From Eledone cirrhosa (taxonomy: Eukaryota): a stretch of 64,000 bases of DNA. Both the position numbers and the translations under genes were made by a program. Location of the stretch: contig OZ024745.1 of NCBI GenBank assembly GCA_964016885.1, positions 28,892,001 through 28,956,000 on the forward strand, in the 5' to 3' direction. Shown piece after piece: positions 52,712 through 64,000 of the stretch. How positions within the stretch are numbered: the first letter of the stretch is position 1; every line of letters starts with the position of its first letter. Under the pieces are notes generated by a model. The model was not told the DNA's origin and did not search any database. It saw nothing but the letters and a program-made list of their open reading frames with translations.

Positions 52712-52999
52712 ACACACGCATTGTGTTAGAAGAAAAACATAATACATTAAAAAAAATTATAGAGATGAATCAGTTGGAGATGCGAGAGGAGTAGTGAAAG
52801 TTAGGGTTTTTCAAATAGAATCCGGTAGGTGGTAAATATATTGTCCGCAGAGATGAGATAGCCGACCACAGAAAGGTATATTCCGAAATATGCCATAGTT
52901 GTGATTGTATAAGAGCGTGTTTATTTACGCGTGCGTTTTACATTGTGTAAGATGTTATGTATTGTTCCGTAGTACATACATAGGAAAGTCTCCATGCAT

Positions 53000-53340
53000 G
53001 TGTGCGATCAAATAAATACTAATTTGTGCAGGCAGAGTGGGCTCAAAGATCGGTTCGGGTGTTCAGAAAACCGCCGAGCCACCCCAGTGCGCGGGTGGGG
53101 TTTGCCTCCCATTGTCCGTATGAACCAAGCATTCGCTAAGCTCCTATCCGGGAAAAATTCAGCGCAGAAAAAGTGCAATTTCGGTGGTGCCTGCAAGCCT
53201 TAATGATGTCGGACTTAAGGTTAATCAAATTATGTTTTAATTTTACTATTTCCATGGCTTCCGCCATACAGAGTTTGCAACGGCCAGCGGCCACGGAATA
53301 CACAGCCGCGCGTTGCACTATCTCCAGTGTAGCTTCAAGT
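53000..53340 (-). mobile_element. PLE GIY-YIG C-terminal fragment
   Basis: RAAVYSVAAGRCKLCMAEAMEI..LINLKSDIIKACRH. Confidence 0.75.
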
Positions 53341-53807
53341 CCGTGCTACTGTCTTTTAACGACCAGATTAAGTTCGCCAGTCAAGTGGAGTGCCTCTTGG
53401 TCTGGTCCTTGAAAGAGTGTGTTTGTATGTATGTGTGAGTGCACATGGGGGCGTGTATGTATGTACGAGGGTATCTGTGTATTTAGGTGTAACGGTGACT
53501 GTGTGTATGTGGGAGGGATAGAGAATATTTGTCTATGTATATCTGTAGTTGTGTGTGTGTAGAAATACATATATGTATATAACAGAATACTCCTATATTT
53601 TACCGGCGAAGATTCGAAACCGAATTGAGGTTTCTCGCCTCTGAGACCACACATTATTGGAAGGTTCCCACCATTGTCCTGTCAAGACAACGATGATAAA
53701 CATACATACTACTTGACCTATGACTCCAGCTTCCTGGGAGACGATATCCACTTGGCTGATCATAAATCAACCTCATATACACATCCCTCAAGCTATAAGA
53801 TTATTAG

Positions 53808-53972
53808 GTGGATTGGCAGTATCGGTAGAGGGTCGGACTCCATGCTTTGACGCATTGAGTTACGGCCCTTGCCATTCTGAGTTCAAATCCCGCCGATGTT
53901 AACTTTGCCTTTCATCCTTACAGGGTCGATAAAATAAAGTACCAGTAATACACTGGGATATTAGAAACAATT
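53808..53972 (+). mobile_element. tRNA-derived SINE
   Basis: Matches 11410-11592. Confidence 0.8.
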
Positions 53973-54451
53973 ATAAACACAACGACTTAGGAAACCCAAG
54001 CCACAGAGAGACCGAAGCAAGCAGTCTGTGTTAAGGTTAACGATGTAGCAGACCTTTCACTCTATCTCTCTCCTGGCTTCACTGGTTATAACCTTCTCGG
54101 CCACAGACACAGCCAAACAGCCAGACATGAAGCAGCAGTCCTTGAGACGAATAATGTATTCTAAGAATAGACACACACACACACACACACACACATAGTA
54201 AGGTTAGTTTGTTTACTGCTATGCTTCACCTATTCTTTCGTCTTCCTGTCATGTTGTATCTGTAAGATACAACACAACTTTTACCAAACACCTATACAAA
54301 GAATCACAACTTATCCGCTACATGTATATATAAATGTATATATATATATATGTATATCCAAAATTAAATTAAGGGTGTCATATCCGTGAGACATGCGCCA
54401 TATCCACTGTAGAATATGCTCAAAGATTCCAATGAATAGATCCGAGCATTT

Positions 54452-54500
54452 TATATCAACTAGAAATTGATTGACACACACACACACACACGCACACACA

Positions 54501-54585
<85 letters not shown>

Positions 54586-54721
54586 CTAAAATAACATATG
54601 AAACAATCACAAGGAATAATTTGTAAAGTGTGTGCTTACACACTTTACAAATTATTCCCTATGATTGTTTCATATGTTATTTTAGATATATATATGTGTC
54701 AATCAATTTCTAGTTGATATA
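54452..54721. repeat. Fold-back element; left arm split by a (CA)n expansion
   Basis: Axis at ~54635. tatcaactagaaattgattgacaca / tgtgtcaatcaatttctagttgata and ctaaaataacatatgaaacaatca / tgattgtttcatatgttattttag. Confidence 0.85.
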
Positions 54722-54740
54722 TATATATATATATATATAT

Positions 54741-56186
54741 TTCGTTTCTGAATTTGTTTAGCAAGATTCTTTATCTGAAAACGTGTGCTGAAACCGATAT
54801 TGTTATACTTTGGGAGGGTGATGTTGCCAATAAGAAACACACGCACCAGTGCTTTCACTTCAATTTATTATAATAAATTTATAAATTTCCGGTTGGTTGG
54901 TTGGTTCCACAACCAGTTGGTTGTTTAAATATTGTCAAAGTTCTTTCGTCACACATTCTGTGACCTCTTCAGTGACTGGGGATTCTTTTCTTTGTCTTTG
55001 TGCCTCTCCTTTGTTCTGTCCTACGCCATTTTGTTTCTGTGTGTGTGTTGTGTGCTCAGTCTGCGCATGCGCCACATCCGAGTGTCTGTGTGTGTTTATA
55101 TTCGTTTATTTATTTGTTTATTTACATGTTACAGGTTGGTTGTTTGTTCTATGCGCGTGTGTGTTTTTATTTTGTCCTTAATTGTAAGTTGTGATATTGC
55201 TGTTCCACTCATGTTTTCTATTTAATTTTGGTTGTAATTCTTTTATGTTTATTGCCTCTGTGATTTGTCTAAACATTGCGTCTTTTCTGTGTGTAGATTC
55301 TATTTTTATTTCTATGTTCTCTAATTTACCCTTATGTTCTATTTTAGCATGTTGGTAGAGTACAGATGATTCTTTACTATCTTGAAGGTCTCGCCAGTGT
55401 TCATTTATCCGTTCCCCTACACTACGAGCTGTATCACCTATGTACACTATATTTTTGTCTCTACATTGTCCTTCAGTACATCTTATGCTATATACTACAT
55501 TTCTGGTTTTACAGTTAATATGGGGGCTTAATTTACAGGTTATACATTTCTTAGCTATACAGGGGGGGGGGGGGTCTTTGAAAAGGGTATGTCTTGCTAA
55601 TAAGTGTTTTTACGGAGGTACCTGGTCTTTCTACTATCTTAATATTGAATTTATGTTTATCTAGGGCCCTTCTAAATTTGTAAGCTAATTCACCTCTAGG
55701 GGTTGTATCGATGAACATTACACTCTGGTATATATTGCTATCATACCATGAGTTTATTCTATTAGCCTTATTCCTAGTTCTTTCTATTCTATTCCAAAAT
55801 TTGCTCCTATACAAGGGGCAGGTCCCATTTGTGTCATTATTTACCATTTTTTCCCATTTGGTTCTGGCTCCTCTATACACTCTGATTTTATCTCTCTGAT
55901 TGTAACCAGAGAACTGCATACGGTGGATGAAGTGTTGTATGTGTCTCTCTAGTTCTTCGGGGTTGCACATGCGGGACACGTTTCTCATCACCCGTACCAA
56001 ATCCGCAATCAGTATATTGATTTTGGTATGGTCCGAAACAGCTGAGTTTCGGTGGATCAGATATTTGGAAGTCATGGGTTTGGCATAATGGGAATGGAGG
56101 ATTTGTTTTTTGTTATTAATGGTATCTAACCAGAGCTCTGTGTCTAGTACAGGTAATCGATGGTTGGGGTGTTTACAGTGAAACAT
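54741..56186 (-). mobile_element. 5'-truncated Penelope-like element (RT thumb + GIY-YIG + 3' terminal repeat)
   Basis: LPVLDTELW, KPMTS..IHRNSA, YIGDTARSVGERINEH, RQITEAINI..LN. Frameshift at a poly-G run near 55565. The terminus 54757-54820 recurs at 39836-39895. Confidence 0.88.
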
Positions 56187-56236
56187 ATGTAATATGTAAT
56201 TAAATATGTATATGATGCAACACAGATTCTTTGCTC

Positions 56237-56281
<45 letters not shown>

Positions 56282-56922
56282 ACGAAGGGTATTAATAAAA
56301 AGTTTAGATGGGTTATATGTGATAATAACAAGATTGTTATATGTGATAATAACAAGATTGTTATATGTGATAATAACAAGATTGTTAAATGTAATAACAA
56401 GATAATATAAAGAATATATGGTTGTTAAAGTTGTTATCGTTTCTGATGTGAGGCTGTTGTAGTCTGTTGTTGTTGTTGGTGTTAAAACAGCGACTTACAG
56501 ATAATTGTTGTGTTGTTGGAATTCGTGGTAATAGTTGTTAGACCGTGTTAGTTAGAGAATATGGTATGTATAGCTCTGAAAGGTCTGTAGTAACTGAGAA
56601 ATACCGTGAACTGCATACAGCGGTGTGGTCTGTAGTAACAGAGGTTCCAATCTGTGTGTGTGTATCTGTAGACTTCATGGGGTCTGTTGCTAGACCAAAG
56701 GGGTCTGTTAATAGCAGTAATCCTTACATAGTTAGTTTTATATCCTATCGCTTCGATGTCTCTGTGTGGAATGGCTTGTAGATGGTCTGTATATAGCTGT
56801 CACTTTCTGTCCTCCACCTTGAGAGGACAGCCAACGAATCTACCTGTCTACACCAAAGAGAGTGTTAACCTAGGATTTAATTTTTAGGTATCACCCAAAG
56901 TTCAAGGCACGGACAGATTTCG

Positions 56923-57006
<84 letters not shown>

Positions 57007-57026
57007 ACACACACACACACACATCA

Positions 57027-57155
<129 letters not shown>

Positions 57156-57300
57156 ATTAAAATACTGGAGCGTGTTGGAGTTAAACACCCTCTTCGTATT
57201 ATAGAAATTACAGTAAAAGGTATAGCTCAATGTAATTAAACAGAGCCGAAGAATTATGAAAATAAAACAAAGAAGCCTTCAATACATCAAAAGTCTTTAT

Positions 57301-57342
57301 TAGCCAACAATGTTTCGTCCTATTAAGGACTCATCAGGGCAA
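57301..57342 (-). ncRNA. Minimal hammerhead ribozyme in the 3' pseudo-LTR
   Basis: Minus strand: ttGCC CTGATGA GTCC ttaata GGAC GAAAC ATT GTT GGC. Confidence 0.85.
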
Positions 57343-60300
57343 ACAAAACCACAAGAAGCACTATCGGCCAATACAAGCCGAAAACTCCGAAGAATATGGA
57401 GTGTACATACACTAAAGTATTGGAAGATTATGGGTAAAAATATATAATAAAAATCACTAAGGAGGTGGATAACATTTTGAACCATATTACAAATATAGTC
57501 CAAAGCAAAAAAACTAGAGCTAAACAAAGGTGGTTATATAGAGCGGGAATTATAGTACTATATGTAATACAATATAATATAATATAATATAATATACTTG
57601 TAACAATATTAAAATTAAAATTAAAATTAAAAGGCACAATATACATATGTATATATGTACGCACACGTACGCACATATACATATACATCAATACACATTT
57701 CCATCATTAACAGCACAAATTAAACCTTATTAAGAGTTTAAATATAAATAAGCATAATACGAATAAAAATAAAAATAATACGTATATCTAATATACAATA
57801 TAACATGAAGTAATGAAATGATTAAAAGTAACACATATAATATATAATAAACTATATAATTATATAATATATAATATAATATAATAAAATATAATAGATA
57901 ATCTCCGATTAATTTACACAAACAATATAGATGTCACAATAATACTATAATAATAATATAATAATATATAATATATAATGGCATGTAAGTTAACAAATCA
58001 ATTCATATAAAGTTACAGAGTAGGTGAGAAAAAAATATAAATTGTACAATACCCAAAATTATGATGGTACAAAAATATAAACATCCTACATGATATATAA
58101 AATTTAACATATCATAATGGTACATAAAATCATCGGTAAGTAATAAGGATCAATAGTACATTTACAAAGAGTTGAATAACAACTTCAATATAAAATAATG
58201 AACATAATATAATATATAATTACTTATAATTACAAGGTTGGTAAACAGACACATATGTGAATGAGTGAATAAGGGCCAGACAGAAAATACTATGCACAGT
58301 AGTATTAATAAATAAATAAATAAAATCAACCGGAAATTAAAAAACAAAAACAAAAGTATTTACTTAGGTCTCACATGCAGTTAAGTAAAAACTTAGGAAA
58401 CAACCCAGATAAATGACTAGAAAACCCTATTTGATAAATTAATATTGAAAATATTTAAAATACCTAATAAGGCAATACAATATTAGCTATGGTTTAAGTA
58501 ATCAAAATTCCTAAACATTAATATTTCACTATAAATATATATAGAAAGGAATGAAATATTCTACTATCATTTACATAACGATATCTAAAAAACTGACTTA
58601 AGCAGAATTATGGTAGGCTAATAGGGACAGAAAAAAAGAAATGTATGAGGATACAAAGGAGCATAAAATCATAATCAATATACTGTATTATATAATAGAA
58701 AGGAGCATAAAGAAGGGGGGATTAAATATAATCATAATATATTTGAAGGGGTTAGCAATAAGTTTATGTGTGCATGGGGGGGGGGGGGGTTTATCCAAAG
58801 AAGAATCCAAATAAAATAAAATAAAATGAAATAAAATAATATAAAATATATAATCAGATATATACTCATAAGGTGTTAATAGTGAAAATTTAATGTGTAA
58901 GAAGATAGATATGGTATAGTAGCCAAAAGATTATGAGAGCTAGAATAAAAAGTTGTCAAAAACCAATGATAATAATGATGATAATAATGGTGGTAAACAA
59001 AAAGAACCTAAACTAAAAAAATAAGTAATGGAATATATCAGCTAATGGATACAATTTACACTACTAGAACCTTTAGGTTTATAATAAAAGTAAGAATTAG
59101 AAATAGCGTGGGGGCAAGAAGAGAATATCTCAGACTTTCTATTAAGTAAGGATTCACTAGAGAAAATTATAGAGTGTGTCTCGAGGATACAGAGATTACA
59201 AAATTTAGTATGTGTAGAAAGGTTATTAGATCGTGCTACTAAACGCCAATTAAGGCTATATGGTATATTAGCCCCCTTAAGATCCCAGATATAGTGTGCT
59301 AAAGAAGTAGAATTCTTAAACTTAACATGTTTGAAATTAGAGATATGAGAATTAAACCTAGTCTTAAAAGTGTTAGATGTAGAGCCTATATAAGTTCTAT
59401 TAGAGGAATTAGTTATAACCTCGCAAGCATAAACGATGTTCTTAGAGAGGCAGTCACCGTTTAAAGGGCAGTTAGCACTCACTCTACAGTTACACTTCCG
59501 GGTGCTATTGATTGGCTGAAGTAGTGATGCATTACACGTAGGATTACTATTAGATAAGGTCTGCTCTGGTGGTAAGGCATTTGCAGATCTGTTCAGACTA
59601 GTAGTATGTAGAGAGGAGTATCCATCCCTAATTTTCCTATTGTTAGTGCTAGCTAAATGAGAACTAATATTAGGGGTGGTAGAGAATGAAAGTTTAATAA
59701 CATTTTTATTAAAAATATTATGGTATTTATGAGAAGGGGGGAAATTTTTCTCTAAGATAGAAAAGAAAGACCTAGGGATATTAGTTAATACTTCCTGATT
59801 ATATGGCGGGTTAAAATAAGTATTTAGTCTCCTTCTATTTTTATCCTTTCCGACTCTACCATTATCTAATATCCCATTATTAAGACTAGGGTTATTACAA
59901 GGATTAGTTAAAACCGCATTATTAGAATCAGCCGAAATTCCATTAAGTCTCTTTCTGTTGCTACCTCTAGTAGATCTGCTGCTGTCTGGAATCCTATTAA
60001 AAGGATTAGGGCCAATAATAGGATCAGTAGAAACAACATTATTAGAATTAGATCGAGCAAAAGCATCACCAATGAGTGAGCGCTCAGAGGGTTCGACTTG
60101 ATTCCTAGAGGTATTATATTCCCTATTACGAGTCCGGTGGGTTAACTTATGGATGGGTTCAGATACACCTATGTAATTTCTACGATTATTATTGCCATGT
60201 TTTGGGATATTATGTTATTATTATTATAAGTAAGCGGAGACTTTCTAAGGTTACTATTATTATAATGTATTTTACTAGAGTAACCGGAATTAGCTAGGGC

Positions 60301-61924
60301 ATTATTATAGTACTCCGCATGTTCATTAAATGTTCCTACGTCCTTAGAGAGTGTGGAAATCCTATTAGATACCCTTAATTATAGAGCTTATCATAGATTT
60401 GGGGTGGTTAGAATTGGGACTAACATAAGAAAGTATTTCATTAGGCTTATGGAAGGGTTTAAAACTATTAGTGACCAATTCCAAAGTCACATCTAAAAAG
60501 TTGACCGCTCTATCGTTTTATCTATCGTGATCGAAAGGTTATAGCTTTTAAAAAACTTATAAAGCTTCTTCTTATTATGCTCGACATTGTTGGTGCTAGA
60601 GTTAATCACAAACAATGCATCATCACGATATAGTCCGCCTTTAAGGTGCGGAAAGGTAACATATAGTTCATTTAGGAGGAACAACCCAACAAGATCAGTT
60701 ACCTGGGCCGAATCACTCGAACCCATTGTAACGTCGAAATTGTTGGGCGTGTTTTTACGGGTCCAAAATGTGTCCTCAAAATTAATGATAGTTCTACGGG
60801 CTGCTAGTATAATATCTACCTGTGATCGTGTAAGGCTGGACACTCTCATGGCCAACATTAAGGCTTTATTGAGGAGGATGGGTGAAATTGATGTGTAGTA
60901 GAATCAATATCGAAATGGATAAACTTATTAGATTCAAGTTTATTAATCCCAGAGAACCAATCTATAACTTCCTTAGTGTTCCCCATAGGTTAAAATTAAC
61001 TTTATCCCTAACATCTGGTATAATAAGGTCAAGGATTTTTTTTACTGATTATGGCTATATCGGACTTAGAAGGACAGATGAGTCTAACAGAGTGTTTACT
61101 AATGAAGTCTACCTTATGATCCCTAAGAGTGAATCTCGGTTCTCTAGGGTAATATGGCTGGGTATACTTATCAAGGCCGAGGTCCGAGACTATTTTAAGA
61201 CCCGCACTATTGATATGGTTCAAATTATCTAGCGTAGTCTTTTTATAATTTCTATGCAGCTCCTTATAAATAAAGTCACGGTAAGCACTGTAATCCATAG
61301 AGTATAGATTCTTAGTCTTATCCGCCGGGACAAGAATAGACTTATCCGCACTAAAACCCTTAACAATATTTTTAAGTCTAGACTGGAACTTATCAAATTT
61401 ATTATAATTTCTATGTCTATTATTTGGCCTATACTTAATATTTTTGACAAGGGAAAGTAAGTCACTTTCAAAATTATCTAATAGAACATTATGTGGTGGG
61501 CTCTTATAAGTTTTGAAGCCATAGTTATTAAAATTTGTTCTATTCCTGGGGTCCTTCCTATTCCTATTAATATCATAGTGGAAAGCACGCCATCTAATCC
61601 TTTTTGCGAAGGAGTTAACACTAGCAATCAATAGTTTTTCGTAAGTATTCTTAGAGGGGGTGGGAATATTCTTCAGAGATAAAGGCAGGTAACTCTTTGT
61701 TAGCATACTGTCAGATATATATAAAGGCCAAAACACCAGTATATAGAGGAAGCTCAACCAATCGGGAGCAGTGACAAGGATTAAAATACTGGAGCGTGTT
61801 GGAGTTAAACACCCTCTTCGTATTATAGAAATTACAGTAAAAGGTATAGCTCAATGTAATTAAACAGAGCCGAAGAATTATGAAAATAAAACAAAGAAGC
61901 CTTCAATACATCAAAAGTCTTTAT

Positions 61925-61966
61925 TAGCCAACAATGTTTCGTCCTATTAAGGACTCATCAGGGCAA
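61925..61966 (-). ncRNA. Minimal hammerhead ribozyme in the 5' pseudo-LTR
   Basis: Identical to 57301-57342. Confidence 0.85.
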
Positions 61967-62022
61967 TCAAAACCACAAGAAGCACTATCGGCCAATACAA
62001 GCCGAAAACTCCGAAGAATATG

Positions 62023-62226
62023 GTTAAATTATGGTGTGCTTTCATCAGATAAAATATAATATAGATCAGTTTTATAAATAAATATTGACATACCCTTAAA
62101 GAATGCGACCATTTCTGTTGGAAGCTTCCAACAGAAATGGTCGCATTCTTTAAGGGTATGTCAATATTTATTTATAAAACTGATCTATATTATATTTTAT
62201 CTGATGAAAGCACACCATAATTTAAC
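62023..62226. repeat. Perfect 204-bp loopless palindrome
   Basis: Two 102-bp arms with the axis at ggaag|cttcc (62124/62125). Confidence 0.93.
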
Positions 62227-62257
62227 TTGGTGTCCTTGAAATATGTATAATGAAATA
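62193..62257 (+). ncRNA. Minimal type-I hammerhead ribozyme (same family as 46048)
   Basis: TATTTTAT CTGATGA AAG-C-ACACCA/TGGTGT-C-CTT GAAA TATGTA TA ATGAAATA. Confidence 0.75.
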
Positions 62258-62511
62258 AATATGGTTTTATAAATATAGTTTCCATTTGTTTATATATCGT
62301 ATATATATATATAAATGAACGTATAGAAATTATTGTGAGCGTGAAGCCAACAGTATTTCATAATATATAAGTGACTATAACGTCAAAATGGAAAATAATT
62401 AACGTAAGATGTGGGAAAAATAATTCAAACTCAATTAAAAAAAACTCAAGACAGATTTATCCATAGAATTTTGTGAAATCCAGGGAAAAATCAATATATA
62501 TATATATAGTT

Positions 62512-62700
62512 TTAATATAGATGAGATTCTACAGGACTAGAACTGTTTTATTCTTTAGAAATCATCAGGGATTCCTGATGATTTCTAAAGAATGAAACAG
62601 TTCTAGTCCTCTAGAATCTCATCTATATTAACACTTTTATACTCTGCAATGTATTGAGTACCTTACTTACTGTGGTTACCTCCGATTCAACCCGGAATAA
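62512..62700. mobile_element. Family A fold-back element (120-bp hairpin + tail) in (TA)n
   Basis: Arms meet at tcatcaggg-att-cctgatga. The tail matches 5563-5634. Confidence 0.85.
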
Positions 62701-62883
62701 CGTATATATATATATATATATATTTATTAAAATAACAGATTAAAGTTTAAGCAAAGAATCGCTGCTTTCACCCTTAACGGGATCTTCTGAAACTAACAAA
62801 GTCAATCTGTAAACGCAGAACTGGATATTTCAAAAAACGTTGCAACCGGAGGAAGACAGGAAGACGATACTTTGGTTCGTGGT

Positions 62884-63112
62884 AACGTTCGCTGGCAAAG
62901 AACGGGAAAAAACGAATAATACGTCATTAATAGGAGCGGTGAAAAACAATTACGCGCAAAGACAGAACCACGTTTATGGTATAAAAGAGGTCGTAGACTA
63001 ATGTTCTCTTAGGTGATGCATAGAGACGTTCTCTGGCAATGAACGAAAAAACGAAGATAATAAGTCATATGTGGAGCGTGGAGAACAATAGCACGCAAAG
63101 ACAAAACCACAC
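62884..63112. repeat. Diverged ~87-bp direct duplication (period ~142 bp)
   Basis: acgttc.ctggcaa.gaacg...cgcaaagaca.aaccac occurs twice. Confidence 0.65.
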
Positions 63113-63113
63113 A

Positions 63114-64000
63114 GCCTTCTTTAAAGGCTTCAACCTCTCTATACAGGTTGAGGCCAATCTCTCGGTCGTTAATTACCTCGACGTTACCCTCAATTTATTG
63201 AATGGGTTGTATTACCCGTATAGAAAGCCGAATGATACGCTTAATTACATAAGTAAGCATTCCAACCATCCTGCCAGCATAACCAAGAACCTGGTAAGAA
63301 ACGTTTCGTTGAGGCTTTCCCGTCTTTCCACCAACGAGCGCATTTTCAACGACCATTCCACTTATTACAATGAAGCTCTTGCTCGAAGTGGATTTGTCGA
63401 TAAGGTAGCATATACAGAGTACGAAAATAGACCTAGAAGAAATAGATCCCGTCGCATTTGTTGGTTTAACCCACCATATAATATGGAGGTGGCCACACCA
63501 TTAGCTAAGATCTTTCTTTCCCTTATTACGAAGCATTTTCCCCCTACACATAAATATAGTAAACTTTTTAATAGAAATACTATTAAAATTTCTTACTCTA
63601 CGACTCCTAACCTTGCACATAACCTCACAGCTTCAAATTTAGCTAAAATACCTAGCCGTAGGAACACGTGCAACCCTGTAGTGAGTACTAACTGTAATTG
63701 TAGGAATCGGGCTGATTGCCCCCTATCCGGGAAATGCCTCTCTAGTAACATTGTCTACAAATGTAAGGTTGTAACACCCACGTCCCATAGGGCCTACATA
63801 GGGTTAACCGCCAATAGTTTCAAGCAGCGTTTTTACATGCATACTCATTCTTTTCGCTACCCTCTAAGAAGGAATATGACGTCACTCTCAGCTTATATCT
63901 GGAGTCTAAAAGATAACCACACCCAATATAAGTTACACTGGGAGATCCTAGTTAGGGCTAGATCGTATAACGGAAATAAAAGACCATGTGACCTCTGCGC
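63114..64000 (+). mobile_element. 5'-truncated Penelope-like element; ORF open to the window end
   Basis: VNYLDVTLNL..PYRKPND..SNHP..WFNPPY..CNCRNRADCPLSGKCL..NIVY..YIGLTANSFKQRF..CDLC, with no stop seen. Confidence 0.92.

Overview
Repeat-rich eukaryotic genomic DNA. The microsatellite load and the SINE/LINE families suggest a coleoid cephalopod, probably Octopus (inference). One host gene is well supported: a 5-exon, + strand, divergent Rab27-like GTPase (41342-49725, 266 aa) with WDTAGME in place of WDTAGQE, no Ras-F28-equivalent Phe, and an extended Cys-rich tail. The rest is mostly mobile DNA: RTE, CR1 and R4/Dong-like LINE fragments, three SINE families, a Tc1/mariner-type MITE, several Penelope-like elements (PLEs), a 7.6-kb composite 28-bp satellite, and many microsatellites. 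One PLE is near-complete, with 248-bp pseudo-LTRs that each carry a hammerhead ribozyme. The most striking pattern is a set of at least 11 short fold-back elements from several sequence families, mostly inserted in (TA)n tracts. Several carry minimal type-I hammerhead ribozyme cores, and two copies show covarying stems. They look like a non-autonomous PLE/ribozyme hairpin system and are dense in the Rab introns. Most long ORFs in the supplied track are microsatellite artefacts. Boundaries of decayed repeats are approximate, and all comparisons were made by eye.
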